Below, piece after piece: positions 36,815 to 49,640 of a DNA stretch of 64,000 nucleotides. Within the stretch, counting starts at the first letter, position 1. The number at the start of each line of letters is the position of its first letter. Position numbers and translations under genes: made by a program. The notes beneath the pieces are model-generated. The model was not told where the DNA came from and did no database searches. It saw only the letters and a list, made by a program, of their open reading frames with translations. The stretch comes from Sphaerodactylus townsendi (lineage: Eukaryota): positions 61,752,001 to 61,816,000 of the forward strand of contig NC_059435.1 of the NCBI RefSeq assembly GCF_021028975.2, given 5' to 3'.

Positions 36815-39571
36815 CTGAAATAGAGAACATATTTTTCGTTCCTCGGAAACATGATGTATGGGATTTTGAAGCTCTGGAAACAAATGAACCTTTAAAGGAA
36901 GGGGCATCTGGTAACTCATGTTTTTTCAGCAGAAAAAAAAGAAACCAAGGGCAATTGTGTAGAACATAAAACAGTTCAAAGCAGAATTCTATCTTCCTTA
37001 GTGCTTTAACAAAGGTTAAACATACAGGATCGCTGTGACCCCTCAATGACCTATGATTAGCACTAGAAAGCTAAATGGGACAATAGCCCTGGAATATTTT
37101 ACCCTTTGAACACACAATCTGTTTATTTTTCTTGAAGTCTGCTATCTCGGAGCACTGCGGAGAATTTTTTTTCTCACACAGGATTCCAAGCGACGACGTT
37201 CACTGTAAGAAGTGGCAGGCCAAAAGCCCTTAGAGAGAGAGTAAAGGCAACAGAGTGATGCATTAGCACACAGACAACTTTTCCTGACACTCCACTACGG
37301 ACGTGTCCAAAATCTGACCTTCCTCATTCCAGCACTCTTGGCTTCTTGGAACCCAGCAGAGGTTGCAAATAAGTGCACACATTAAAGGAAAGAAAAGGTG
37401 CATTTCGGTTCCTGCTGGCCACGCTAGCCTGGCCCCAAAGTGCTTCATTTAACGGCACACCATCACGCAAAAAGCTTTTGTTTCAGACAACGAAGGGAGA
37501 GCTCAGCTCCAGGAGGTGTTTGCTGTGACTTTTGCACAATTAATTTCTTCCAGAGAGTTCCACGCTTCCCCCTTTTGCTTTGCTCTCTGCTCTCTTCCCC
37601 ACTTGTTTCTCATCATTAATTTTCTTAATCAACTTTCGTAACACCCTCATAGACACGGCACAACAAATGTGATTGAACTGCAAGCGTCTAAATAACTTAT
37701 ATTGCTTGTCCTGCTGTGTCATCCATGTTTAAATGGCTCTAAGGGAAAGGAACAGAGGCAGAATTGCAATGGAAGGGGAACTGGCAGACAGCGTTTAATT
37801 TCAGAAATTTGGCCAAGTAATTCCTTGGGAAATGAACCATTGACAAATACAAAAAGAACCCCCAAAGAGTTGGAAGGCCTTGATGATATTGTGGAAATGT
37901 TTCAACAATACAGACAAGCTATTTTTTTTTGAAGTATCTGCTTAGGGTCCCAGATGTCTAATGAAGGTATTCATAATAAGAGTGCCATCTTTGACAATAT
38001 AATACAGTCATTTTATAACCTGACTTGTGTATATATGCATATTAATGTCAAAGTGGCATCAACGGCCCTGGTCCAGGGTACATATTTCTATTAGACTGCT
38101 GAGCTACTGACGGCTCTCAAAGGCAATTTTCCTTAGGCAACATCTGCCCTCGTCCCCCCTTGGGTCAAATGATGGCGCAAACTCTTTGCTAATCCTCCAT
38201 TGGCGCTGCACTAGGGATTATCAGTTTTTCTGCCACTGTGAAAGAGTTTACTTTGCCCTGCAGAACTCAAAGCAGAGAATCCAATTCTCTTTTAACATGT
38301 TCAACCAGAACATAATACTCCTGGCATGAAGAAAGAGAACCAAAGGAACAGCAAACAAAATGTTCATAGGGGAAGGACATGGTTGCTTGCATAGGTTTTA
38401 ATATTGATTTCACTGAACAATGAATTGGCTACATATTGACTGTGGCTGTCCTCAGTGCTGCTTCCGGTGGCCTAGTCTAATGACACGCTACTACTGAAAC
38501 TGCTGCTTCTGAAAATATCCATCCTTAAATAGATGGCAGTTTGCACATCTCTGTAACTTGACTCACTATCACATTAACTAGAAGCCATTTTGGGATGTTA
38601 ACCCGCTTTTGAAATGGAAAGGCATTAGACTATTGGCTGAGCTGGGCAGCCTGATGTTAACTAGCCAATCAGGGAAGCGCAAGAGATGCATATTTAAAGC
38701 TGGCACACTTTGCTCTGTCTTTTTTTTGGCAAGGTTCACAGTCATAGTTCTCTAGTTGCAACGTGCAAGGAGTTCAGGCGCCCTTCATCCAACTTCAAAG
38801 CAAGTGGATCGGTTGTCAAAATGTATGAAAGGGGCTTCCTTTCTGAGTAACAGAGTTTGCCCATTCAGAGCCAAGCCACTGACTCACACTACAAAATGCT
38901 TAAGCAGAAATAATCATAAATACAATAAACAGTAAACAAAGGAAATTTCTCTCAACAAAAGCACACTTCTTTTTCCTCACTGCTGAAGACACTTCAATCT
39001 CTTCTCCCTCAAGACACTTACAATTAAGTCATAGGGTTCTGAGCGATGGAAAATGGGCTTAGAAATGTAACAAGGCTGAGGACTACACTATAAATCCCCA
39101 GATTCCTCTGTATGTAGAAATTTAATTCTGACCATACCAGAGATAGCAGCTATTAAATCCCTGCATTACAGCCCCTAACCATAATCTACTATTTCCCCCT
39201 CCATCTCCTTTCTTGTTGGTGTAGCGCTGAGGAAATCTGGCTGGGCTGGGCCATCCAGCAATCTGACGCATTTAAAAACTCAGGGTATGCAATGTTTTTT
39301 CCCCACCCCATCCTCATGGCTTATTTTGAATCGAGGCATTACGAGGGCTTAGTTGAGGAGCCTGGTTTCAGGAGCAGGGCTGAGCATTGGAATATTGGAA
39401 GAAACTGTACCTTTATCACAGAAAGACTGCAGCCTCCTGCCTCTTCGCATATTTAACATTTAGAAGCTGGTTGTTTCTGAGCACTGGCTTAGGCAGGGTT
39501 TTCAAACATGTCTGACTCCATAACCCTTCTGGCTTTGCCTCTCTTCATTTTAGTTTCAGGTCAGCACCACA

Positions 39572-39730
39572 NNNNNNNNNNNNNNNNNNNNNNNNNNNNN
39601 NNNNNNNNNNNNNNNNNNNNNNNNNNNNNNNNNNNNNNNNNNNNNNNNNNNNNNNNNNNNNNNNNNNNNNNNNNNNNNNNNNNNNNNNNNNNNNNNNNNN
39701 NNNNNNNNNNNNNNNNNNNNNNNNNNNNNN
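39572..39730. other. Assembly gap (159 N)
   Basis: Run of n. Confidence 1.
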
Positions 39731-40651
39731 TCATTTTGATGCCTGTATCAATAAATTGATAAACGACATGGTGTGTATGAACAGCGGCCAGGCGCCTGAT
39801 CCTGAGTGCTGAACAGAGCATGTCAGTTCAGCACCCAGGATCGTTTTTTTTTTAGAGGACGTGTCTTTGAAGCTTCACAGACTTGAGAATCAGCAAGGAT
39901 TTTCATATTGAATCTGTGAAGCTTCGAAGACACATTCTCTAAAATAAAAAAAGGGGGAAACTATAGTGACTCGCTGCTGCGCTGGCCAACAACCGCTGTC
40001 TAGAGCTGGCTGTATTGTTTACCACAGTGGTCTTTACTGCTAGTATCTGAATATTAAAAGCAGTACTATCAAGTTCATAAGGTCACATAGAATTTTTCTA
40101 GGAATTCCAAAGAAAATGTTCCAAAACAAAAGAAAATGTCTCCTATAATTCGGCTGTGACAGAATAATTACAAGAAGACAGAAACTGATTTTTGTAAAGT
40201 ATTAAATACTAGAAGAGGGCAGATATTTTGCATTCAAATATGCCACTATCTCCCTATCATAAGTGGGAAGAATAATTTTCAAGTGCCAGTTGAAATTGTC
40301 TTCTGTGATGGGAAACAATACTATGAAAGGAGCAGTAACAGGTGAAGGTTAATGGCAGGATTCTCTCATCCCTTCATGCTACATTTTAAAAATGCTGGTT
40401 AAAAAAGATCCAGGCTTATTTTCCTTCTTTTCCCCCCCAAGTTAATCAAAATGTTGTAGGTATTTGGTGAAGCTGGATAGAGATCACTTTTTCTTTTTCT
40501 GTAATACTAGAACAATACAATGACATTAATGAATAGATTCAAGGGGAAAACAAAGGAAAATACTTTTTTTAACTCGGGGAATAATTAAATTGTTGAAATT
40601 ACTGACAGTAGGTGTAGCAATGGTCACAAGCATTATTTTATCATTAAGTTC

Positions 40652-41038
40652 TTGGACCCCTGAGCCCCACCACCACCGAGGGTGCTCCTCCCCAGGGTCT
40701 GAGGCACTCTTCTTCCGGCCTCAGTCAAAGGTACAGCTGACCCCCAGTGACCCTTTTTACAAGGCTAAGAGGTCCTGAGTCAGGCACTGGCTGCCCAGGC
40801 CCTCACTCTTTTCATTCCCTTCCTCCAATCTGGGTTCCACTGCCAGGCCTTCCCTCTGGCACTGCCCTCAGAGCTTTTAAAGGCCCTCATCCAGCCCATT
40901 TGCTCTTTCCCTTCCTTCCTGGTAAGACTGGTCCTCGCCTCTTCCTTGTTACTGCTCCAAGAGGCAGAGGCTTCAGCAGGATTTCTGGGCCTGCTTCAGG
41001 CCCCTTACTGAGGGTGTCATTCCTGGACGCAGGTCACA
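40652..41038. mobile_element. GC-rich insertion, possibly a solo LTR
   Basis: Interrupts the SINE tail; ends ...gtcaca (TGTGAC on minus strand); internal ttttaaa box. Confidence 0.4.
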
Positions 41039-41074
41039 TCTGACTTGATGGCATTTCAAAGCAAGAGACCTTCA

Positions 41075-41361
41075 GAGCAGTGGCGTAGTGGTTAAGAGCA
41101 GGTGTACTCTAATCTGGAGGAACTGGGTTTGATTCCCTGCTCTGCTGCTTGAGCTGTAGAGGCTTATCTGGGGAATTCAGGTTAGCCTGTGCACTCCAAC
41201 ACAGCTGGGTCACCTTGGGCTAGTCACAGTTCTTCTGAGCTTTCTCAGTCCCACCTACCTTACAGGGTGTTTGTTGCGAGTGGGGAAGGGAAAGGAGTTT
41301 GTAAGCCCCTTTGAGTATCTTTACAGGAGAGAAAGGGAAGATATAAATCCAACTCTTCTTC
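41075..41361 (+). mobile_element. Squam3-type SINE
   Basis: gagcagtggcgtagtggttaagagc head, ctcttctt tail, TSD-like cttcagag. Confidence 0.9.
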
Positions 41362-43603
41362 AGAGGTGATTTGCCACCGCTTACCTTGCATCATGACCAT
41401 GGTATTTATTGGAGGTCTCCCATCCAAATCCCTGCCAGGGCCAATCCTGCTTAGCTTCTGAGATTCAAGTCAGGGCTGTCCAATCCAAGTCAGGGAAGTC
41501 ACAAGCATAGGTGGCTTTAAAAGGAGGTTAGGCAGGTCCATAGAGGATAGGTCTATCAATGGCTACTAGTCATAGCACCTAAAGGGAGCTTCCCTACACA
41601 GAGGCAGCAGACCTCTAAATACTGGTGCTAGGATGCAGCATCTGATGAAGGCCTTGGCCTCCATGCCTTGTTTGCTGGCCCTCCAGGGCAACTGGCTGGC
41701 TACTGTATGAAATATTATGCAGGACTAGATGGGCACAGAGATGATCCAGCAGAGCTCTTCTTACATGATTAGGTAGGTGACAATTTCAAAAGTACCATAT
41801 GCTGAGGAGGATATTGATTGACTCAAGAAAAAGGAAACCACAACTTTCAGTTTGCAAGACCTAAGTAGAGCTGTCAGATAGGATGTCAACATACTTGAGG
41901 ACATATTGCACATAGTGCATGTACAGATGGGCTTACTTCCATTCCCTGTCTACGTAGGTTTTTGCAGGGATGGGGGTACAAGTACATCAATAGAATTATT
42001 TAATTGTTGTGGTAATGGAAATCTATTTGGTTTATAACTTTTGTTTACATTTCCTGGCCTGTCCTTTGAGGTCAAAGGTATACAGCTGTGCAGCAGAGAT
42101 AAAAAGGTCCAGAAATACCTCATGGTTCATTACACAGAACACCTGCCTTCTATACCATTCATGCATGCAGGACTTTGAGGTTTGAGAATGTGTAGGGGAA
42201 CTAAACGGATGGCTTCCTCCTCTCTTCTTTAATCACAGTGGAGCTCAGGAAGCTCAGCAGGAAATTGCTGGCTCTTTCCCTCTTCCCAGTGGCCAATTCA
42301 TCAAACCTCACAGATTTCTTTCTCTTCTCCCAAAAATAATTCCATTTCCTCAATTGGGCATACCTTGGTGGATACCATCTACCTCTGAGCTCTCCTTCTG
42401 CAAGCCGAGGTAGAGACCCACACACACAAATTTGTGGAAATGGCATATTTCCCTAACTACTTACACAGAAAAAAACATTATTATCCCTCCATAATATTGA
42501 CATACACAACAGTTTTAATACTTATGCACAAAACTCAACTCCTTCTGCCCTATGCAACATGAACAGTATACATGAATATTATTATATTGGGACATGAATT
42601 CATTTAATTTTCAAATTTAACTTCACTAAACCAAGAATCTGTCAAACAGAAATTGTTATTTAGACAATGACGGAAACTGTTTAAATAACAATCCTAAATG
42701 GGCCTGAAAGACAGAAATTTAAGGCTGTCCAGGTTCTATCTATTGTCCCATCAAATGCTGATGCCTTAAACTGCAGCAATTTTTACCCACCATCAGAAAA
42801 GCTTTGACCAATGATAGTTAATGAAGTTCAATCTCCACAAACTGTTCACTGTGGCTTTAGATTCCAAACAATTTAGCTCTGACTGTGTATGCAAGACTTT
42901 GTAGGACTTTTTTTGAAATTCAAATGAGGATGAATCACATGCATACTAACTGAAATGGATGGCTCTGCTCTCAACTAAAGACATTAATGCCAAGTGTGGA
43001 CCAAATCTTCCTCCGATTCCTTCTCTCCACCCCCACCACCCTCTCACCTCCAATAAAATTGAAACCATTTCAATGGCATTATAGATTGTCTACAGTGTAC
43101 TACTGGTGGTATTAACCATGTGAGGTTGTAGATACAGTTGATCAAATCAATCACTATTATTAGTTTGGCTGAGTTTTATACTTTAAAATATTTAATTTTT
43201 GTGTGTGTGGCCAAAATGGAGTGCTTCCACAATGTCTTTCTGACTTGCATGCCAATGACGATACTATTGCGACATATAGTGGGGAATTATAGCTCTCTAA
43301 CAGCACAACCTTTAGCAGATTTATACCCTTATAAGCCACGCTGACTTTCTGCTTAGGACTGCACTGCTAATATACTTGTGTGCAATGGCAGGTACAACAA
43401 ATGGAAACAAGATGAAATCCCACCAGCAGTAGTTAGTTGTGCATAAGAAACACAATAGATTGATCTGGTAGTAGCTACAGTGCCTTGAGCAATGTGAAAA
43501 AGAGTTATAGTGCTGACTAGCCCGTTCACCTAAATTCAGAGCTTTTAAAATCAATGGCTGCATGAACTTAGGACTTCGTCCTTTGCAGACTTTTCAAACT
43601 CAC

Positions 43604-43656
43604 TTATTCTCCAATATTGTTCCATTCCCAAGATATCTGGCTTGAATCTGTGAACT
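43604..43656 (-). CDS. Candidate coding exon 1 (53 bp; VHRFKPDILGMEQYWRI-N)
   Basis: Acceptor cttgcctatattccccacag|, donor TAA|gtgagt; ends in phase 1 as needed to join 36814. Confidence 0.45.
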
Positions 43657-44413
43657 CTGTGGGGAATATAGGCAAGTCTTTTGATTTGGCTTCTCAAACA
43701 ACACTCTGAATAATAAGCAATCACAAGTTTTGCAAATGAAATGGGTTTCTGAGCCAGTGTTCTGTGTCACCTTGAATCTGTAAAATGTATTCTCTTCGGC
43801 ATATAAATTACACTTATAGTTGTTTTGCTAAAATGGAGAAAAAGGCACACAGTTCTTTGATTTCAAGGATTCATGCAACAAATTTTGCACATTATTATAG
43901 AGTATACAGGACAGGGGAGAAACCCTCTGGATACAAACGAGCAAAGAATACAGAAAAAAGCATTTCTCCAGTACTGTCACCTAAGCCTTAAGAACAATTG
44001 TTCAAGTTAGATCAATTAGCAGTCTCTGAATGTTAAAAACATCTTTAGCAGTGTCATGGAGATGAAAGGGAGTATCTTTGAATGAGAAAAAGAGGGAGTG
44101 GAGAAAGAGATTACATTATGTCTGCCGCCATAATGAATCAAAGACTAGAAGGTGGTCCACGAATCAGCAAGTTTTGATGAAATATTCAAGAGAGTGATTA
44201 TTGATGAAAAATGAATAAGCTTTTCTGATTTTAGCAGCCTTTAAATCACATCTTGCTAATTAGCACAGCTTAGATGCATTCGTCTCTGACTTGACAGGAA
44301 TTCATCTAGTTTTGGAATGGGTGAACGACACAAATTCATCAGATTCCCTATACGTGTACATTTCCAAAGCCTGTACAGATGCTCTCCTGATGGTTCAGTA
44401 GAGAGACCTCATC

Positions 44414-44549
44414 CAGTGGTGGGATTCAGCAGGTTCGCACCACTTTGGCAGAACCGGTTGTTAAACTGGTGCTTGTAAACAACCAATTGTTAAATTATTT
44501 GAATCCCACCACCAGAACCGGTTGTTAAATTGCTTGAATCCCACCACTG
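44414..44549. mobile_element. hAT MITE
   Basis: TIR cagtggtgggattca/tgaatcccaccactg; TSD acctcatc/acctcatt. Confidence 0.9.
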
Positions 44550-44717
44550 ACCTCATTCCATGTGTTTTAGAGACTGTGGTACATTTGAGAGGCACATCAA
44601 AGTTTTTAAGCATGTTAGGAAACTTGATTAATACATTTTTTAAAAACAAAGTTGACAAGCCTCCCTCCCCCAAGGAGGTTCTCCATTGCTTTTCAGGTTT
44701 GTAAACATATTGAAGTG

Positions 44718-44890
44718 CAGCCCAATCTTGTCAGCTCTTGCAAGCTAAGCAAGGTCAGTACTTGGATAGGAGACTGCCACAGAAGGCTCTGAGGAGGAAG
44801 ACAATGGCAAATCATCTCTGCTGAACCAAGTGCCTTGAAAAGCTCCTTCCTGCAGTCTCCGTATGTCGGCTGTGGCTTGACAGCACTTTA
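44718..44890 (+). mobile_element. 5S-derived SINE
   Basis: aagctaagcaaggtcagtacttggataggagactgcc (5S) plus ccttgaaaa...ggcttgacagcac tail. Confidence 0.7.
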
Positions 44891-45977
44891 CACACACAAG
44901 CATACCAGGAAATCAAACTTTGACACACACCTGGACAGAAGCAGCGACTGCTCTGCTGGAAGAGGTAAATGTAAAAGAGCCCTAAGGATGGAGCACTGTC
45001 TCTCAAACTGTAAATCAGGACCAAGAACTGGGACTCCCACAGGTGGGTCACAAGTTCAGGATGGAAGAGGAGAAACAGGCTGAGCTAGACTTTGAGAGGC
45101 TCAACAGCAAACCCAATGGGTCAGCCTCTGCATAACATGTTACAATGACCATGAATTACTTGCGACTGTTCAATAATGCTATAGATTTATACACAGTAGA
45201 CATGAAACATTAATTACAAGACTTGTTCAGCTTCCATTTACTCAATTTTAGTTTGTCTTAGGGGAACGTAGCATGGAATTACTTGGCAAGTGCATAGTGA
45301 AAACTGATAGAAGTTTAGAAGTGGGCCCCATATTGAAAAGTTTGGAGAAACACAGACATGAACAATCACAGAAGATGAAAATGTTACCTAAAGTAGTATT
45401 TTAAAAACTAGGCACAAAATGCACTCAGTTTTTGCCCAAAACACACAATTCACAATTTTGAAATAAAGAAAATCAGGTCTGTATCATGCAACCACCATTT
45501 GCCATATACAGCTTTCACAATCTATGCAATTAGTTTAATGAACCAATTTAATACAATCAACCAAATCACTGGGGTATCAAATGGGGCAGGACTAAGAATT
45601 CTAGGAAAACCTATAAAAAATAATCAGTGCATAACTTAAGCTACGTCCAAGCATTTGACAAACATTACATTGTTTTATATTACTGTAATTATAAGTAATA
45701 ATAAGTTGTATAAGTAATCATTTCACTGACAGCTTAGCAATATCGTTAACAATGTTGAGATGTATCCATGAAATTCTATTAGTTGTGTATTGCTACTCTG
45801 AAACTGTTAAATTATTGATCCATTATATGTATTGATTTATTGTATGTATTGATGTATTTTAAGCTTTAGGTATTGCATGGATTAGATGTATTTATTGTTA
45901 ATACTGCTGCTTAGGGTGTTAGAAGTTGTATAGCTTGTAATAAGTCGCCATCTGAAATGAGGCTATTTAGCTGAAAG

Positions 45978-46169
45978 CAGAGGTGGGATCCAACCAGTTC
46001 TCACCACTTCTCTAGAAGTGGTTACTAATTTTTTCTGAGTGCTGAGAAGGGGTTACTAAAGCAACCTCCCTGCCCAATAGGGACTGGAGGTGCGTGTGTG
46101 CGGCGATGCCACTGTTTGAATCCCACCATCATCGGAACCTGTTATTAAAAATTTTGGATCCCACCACTG
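45978..46169. mobile_element. hAT non-autonomous element
   Basis: TIR cagaggtgggatcca/tggatcccaccactg. Confidence 0.85.
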
Positions 46170-49145
46170 GCCGTATGTATTTATTATCGTTACCATGTGT
46201 TTTGCTGTATTGCTAGTATGTATTTTTGCTGGGTTGTGAGCCGCCCTGAGCCCTATATATATATATATAATTTTCATTTTATATATATATAAAAATTATT
46301 CCCTACATTCATAGTCAGACATGCCTGAAACAGAATCTCGGTCCCAGGAGCAAATCCCTTTCATGTGAAAATGTATCTAGGCTGGTCAGGTGTGTCACAT
46401 GACATGGTGAGTCCCTTCAAAACCAGTAGGGTGAGCCACTGAATTAAGCAGTAGGGATACAGTCTACAAGCCACGGAGAGGTCAGAGAGAATGCAGTAAG
46501 GAGGAAAATTATGAGGATAGTTCCAGATGGTTAAAATAATACTTCCTCTATTAACAGAATGAAACACAGCTAGTGTACATATACATTTTATTTTCATAGC
46601 ACAGAGTTCAGTTCAGTGGAATCAAATAAGCAAGAAATTACACAACTCACTGAGTCTCTGTGCTTTTCAAATACCTCATAATTCCCAGATACCTCAGAAA
46701 GGCAACATGTTGCATACTGCCATCTTCCATTTTGTTTCTGATTTTTCCATAGTAAACAGCTGCATTCTGTAACATGAGGGAATCCCCCCCCCCAAATATC
46801 CCTATGCATTTCTTTCATATCATGGCAACAACATGCCTTCTAGTTCTGCATATAGATTGTAGCATTACACTGATTAGAGATGACAGGCTCTGAGTCACCT
46901 CTGAGGTAAATTGGACTTTGTAGAACTCTCTTGGCTCACTCTTGACAGCTGTTGCACTGAAGTAAAACATTGGCAGAACTGAACTGAGCAATTACTAGCT
47001 CGTAACAAAGAGTGATTGTTAAGTGACCTTCAATTATTTTAGCCGTAAGGTACCCTTTCGGGTGGGCCCCTCATTCTTTTCCTGTTTTGCAACCTGCTAC
47101 AAGAAGCCCATTCCTTGCTTATCTTTCCAGACATTCCCCCACTTATAGTGTGTTGTCCTAAAGAGGCCTTTTGGGAAAAGAATAAACACTATAAAGCAAA
47201 TCTCTTTAAGAATATTACGCAAGAAAAACAAGCCACGATTGTAGGTCCACAGTAAGTGCCATACTGAACGGCTCCCGGTTCTACATCAGCACTTATAGTG
47301 TACTTCTAGGCAAAGTTATACTTTTCTATGCCCACTGACTGCAATGGACTGGCAAGAGTGAAACTCTAAGGACTGCTCTTTCAATCTTGCTAGAGAGTCT
47401 CCAGATTATTTGAATAAAACCCTTTATGAATCCTCCCAGCATACTCTCCAAAGTCATAACCCAAACATGGGATAGAGTCACAGCAAATATTTCTCACAAT
47501 AGGGGCTCTGCATAAATCCTCATGAATTTATATTAAAGGTGGAATTTTATTGCATCCATGTTGGGGTGGGGGAGGGCAGAGGTAGTAACCCAGATCACTA
47601 AATATCAAAAGTTAGCTGCATATTTCTTTCTTGACTCTGCAGAGAAGCAAACAATTTTTATCCATCTGATTTATGAAAAAGATGCGGGGTAGAAAGTTTA
47701 CAGTTTCAACAGCAGAAAAATATCCCCTCTAAAATACACGTAAAAGTCTGAAAAGCATCAGGAAATTAAAGGGTCTATCTAAACCCCAGCACATTTTGAC
47801 TGCTGACTAGCAGCCATGGAAAGATAAAATTATTTGGATCAGGCCTGTAGAACAGGGGAGCAAGGTTAACTTTCCCCCTTGTGCTGTTTTCTTGACCACA
47901 AAATGTTTCCCTTCCAAAGCTGCTATTCACCCCACTAGAAAAATATAGACTGTTCGTATGTTACCTCTTCAGTGGGCAAGAAGTGGTTCAAGAAAGTGAT
48001 CTGACTATTAAAAAACAAAATGGGTGAAAGAGTTAAAATGCTCCCCATCCAGCACTGTCCTAATCAAAGTCCAGACCTCCCAGAGCTATTTAGCAATAAA
48101 ACACAAATCAGAGATCCATTTACACATTTTCCAGCGCTTTTATTTTGACTTTTGTGGTAGAACAGGCCTGTTCATACCTGCATGCCCTATTTCCCCTCTA
48201 TTCTCTCCTGGAGGGTCTCAGCGCCTCCAACAAAGGCTTTTCTCTCTCTCTAAGGTAACCATTGCCACCACCTGACCATTGAAGGAATTATTCACTGGGA
48301 GAGTCAGCACCGCCCCTCCCCAGCTTCCCTTCCAAACTCTGAGGTCTTTCCTCAGTGTCTCCTGCACCTGGGACACCATGGGAACAGTTCACTGCCTGGA
48401 GGAATAACTGCTTGCCAACCACCAGTGTTCCTCTTCTTAGTGCCCCCTTTTAAAAATAGTATGTCCAAGATGGCGAAGGTCTATGGGGTAAAGAGAACTG
48501 CCACCAGCATCCAAAAGAAAAAACGTGGTTAAAACCTTCCATTCAAGCCTCGAATAGAAAAAAATGCAATTTCTTCACACCTTTAAAAGTCAATCATTAC
48601 CCAAAGTAGGGTTGCCAGCTGACCTTTTAACTTCAGCAGCAGCAAAAATGGTATGGTGAGCAACGCTGTACCATGTCATTTCCACATGTTCCTGGAACAG
48701 ATGTCACAATGCTCTAGGTAGGAACTCCCTGATCTGTATGGTAAAAACCATAAAGACTATGCGAATTCCTAGATACAACTGAGGCTGGGAGATTGTCCAC
48801 CATGATGAGCAATCTGGCGAAGCTATTTCCAAGGAGGTGGTTTAGGTTCATTGGTTGGGCCATGAACTGATGCGCACACTTGAAAGGATATCTGTTGTTT
48901 ACATCTTTTTCCATCGAGCAGCTGATTGTCATGCCACGTCAAAAACTACTTTTGATAGTCCATTCCATTTTAACAGCAGGATTTTTATATAGATGGTAGG
49001 CAGTTGCTATTTTATTACAAGCATACTGAAAATAATGCCGGGGCTGGGGGGTATTTGTTTTAAATATTGGCTTGTGACTAAATTCTAGGGCCGTTTGTAA
49101 GGAACGTAAGATGAGAGTGCTAGAGTACCTACGTTACTGCACAGG

Positions 49146-49584
49146 CGGCCCAATCCAGACAGGGCTGGGAAAGCTCAGTGGCTAGGGAAGGTGTGGCTGC
49201 ACTGCAGCTGTACCTTCTCCTATCAGCTTCCCCAGTAGCAAGGGCGGGAGAAAAACTGCAAAATCCTCCTGCCCCTGGGAAACCCCATATGTCAGCTCCA
49301 CCCCTGGGCCCACCCCCAGAATGCCCCTGCCCCCATCAGCATGCAATTCACACCAGATGGGCTCTACAGCCACCTGAACTTCTGGGTACAGACACCACAG
49401 AGGTCCGCAGGTCCCCCCTCAGATGCATGGGTGCCCTCACTGCTGGCAGAGGTGCCCCTTATGCTAGCAGGGTGGATACTTCTGTCAGCACAAGCCCATG
49501 CCACATCCAGTGGAAAATCTCTCCTCCCCCCCAAATTGAGCTCTTAAACTCTTTCCTTTAATGTTAAATTTCCCAGATCTGGAC

Positions 49585-49585
<1 letters not shown>
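49146..49585. mobile_element. Degraded MITE (ggcccaatccaga family)
   Basis: Starts cggcccaatccagac, ends tctggact; GC-rich block in AT-rich context. Confidence 0.5.
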
Positions 49586-49620
<35 letters not shown>

Positions 49621-49640
49621 AATTAATTAATTAATTAATT
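49585..49640. repeat. Compound (ACTT)n(AATT)n microsatellite at an L2-type 3' tail
   Basis: Direct reading; followed by ataccgccctatccccgaagggctcagggcgg. Confidence 0.9.

Larger units (their letters stand above)
40634..41497 (-). mobile_element. 5S-derived SINE hosting two further insertions
   Basis: ggtctcccatccaaat...cctgcttagcttctgagat is reverse 5S; flanked by the 11-bp direct repeat gtcacaagcat. Confidence 0.7.
40540..41765 (+). mobile_element. CR1 LINE 3' end split by nested insertions (40634-41497)
   Basis: ggaaaatacttttt...aattaaattg (40556-40633) continues as ggctttaaaagg...ggtctatcaatggctactag...ggactagatgg...gatccagcag (41498-41765). Confidence 0.7.

Noticed and set aside
39508-39821. 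ORFs spanning X runs
   Set aside because: Artefacts of the N gap
42365-42398. 34-nt minus-strand exon-like segment (ttgcag|...AAG|gtatgc)
   Set aside because: Good signals, but phase-incompatible between candidate exons 1 and 2; could only be an alternative upstream exon and has no other support
46651-46766. Open minus-strand segment with a gtgagt donor, phase-compatible with exon 1
   Set aside because: Moderate acceptor, repeat-like internal palindromes and an unremarkable peptide; not supportable
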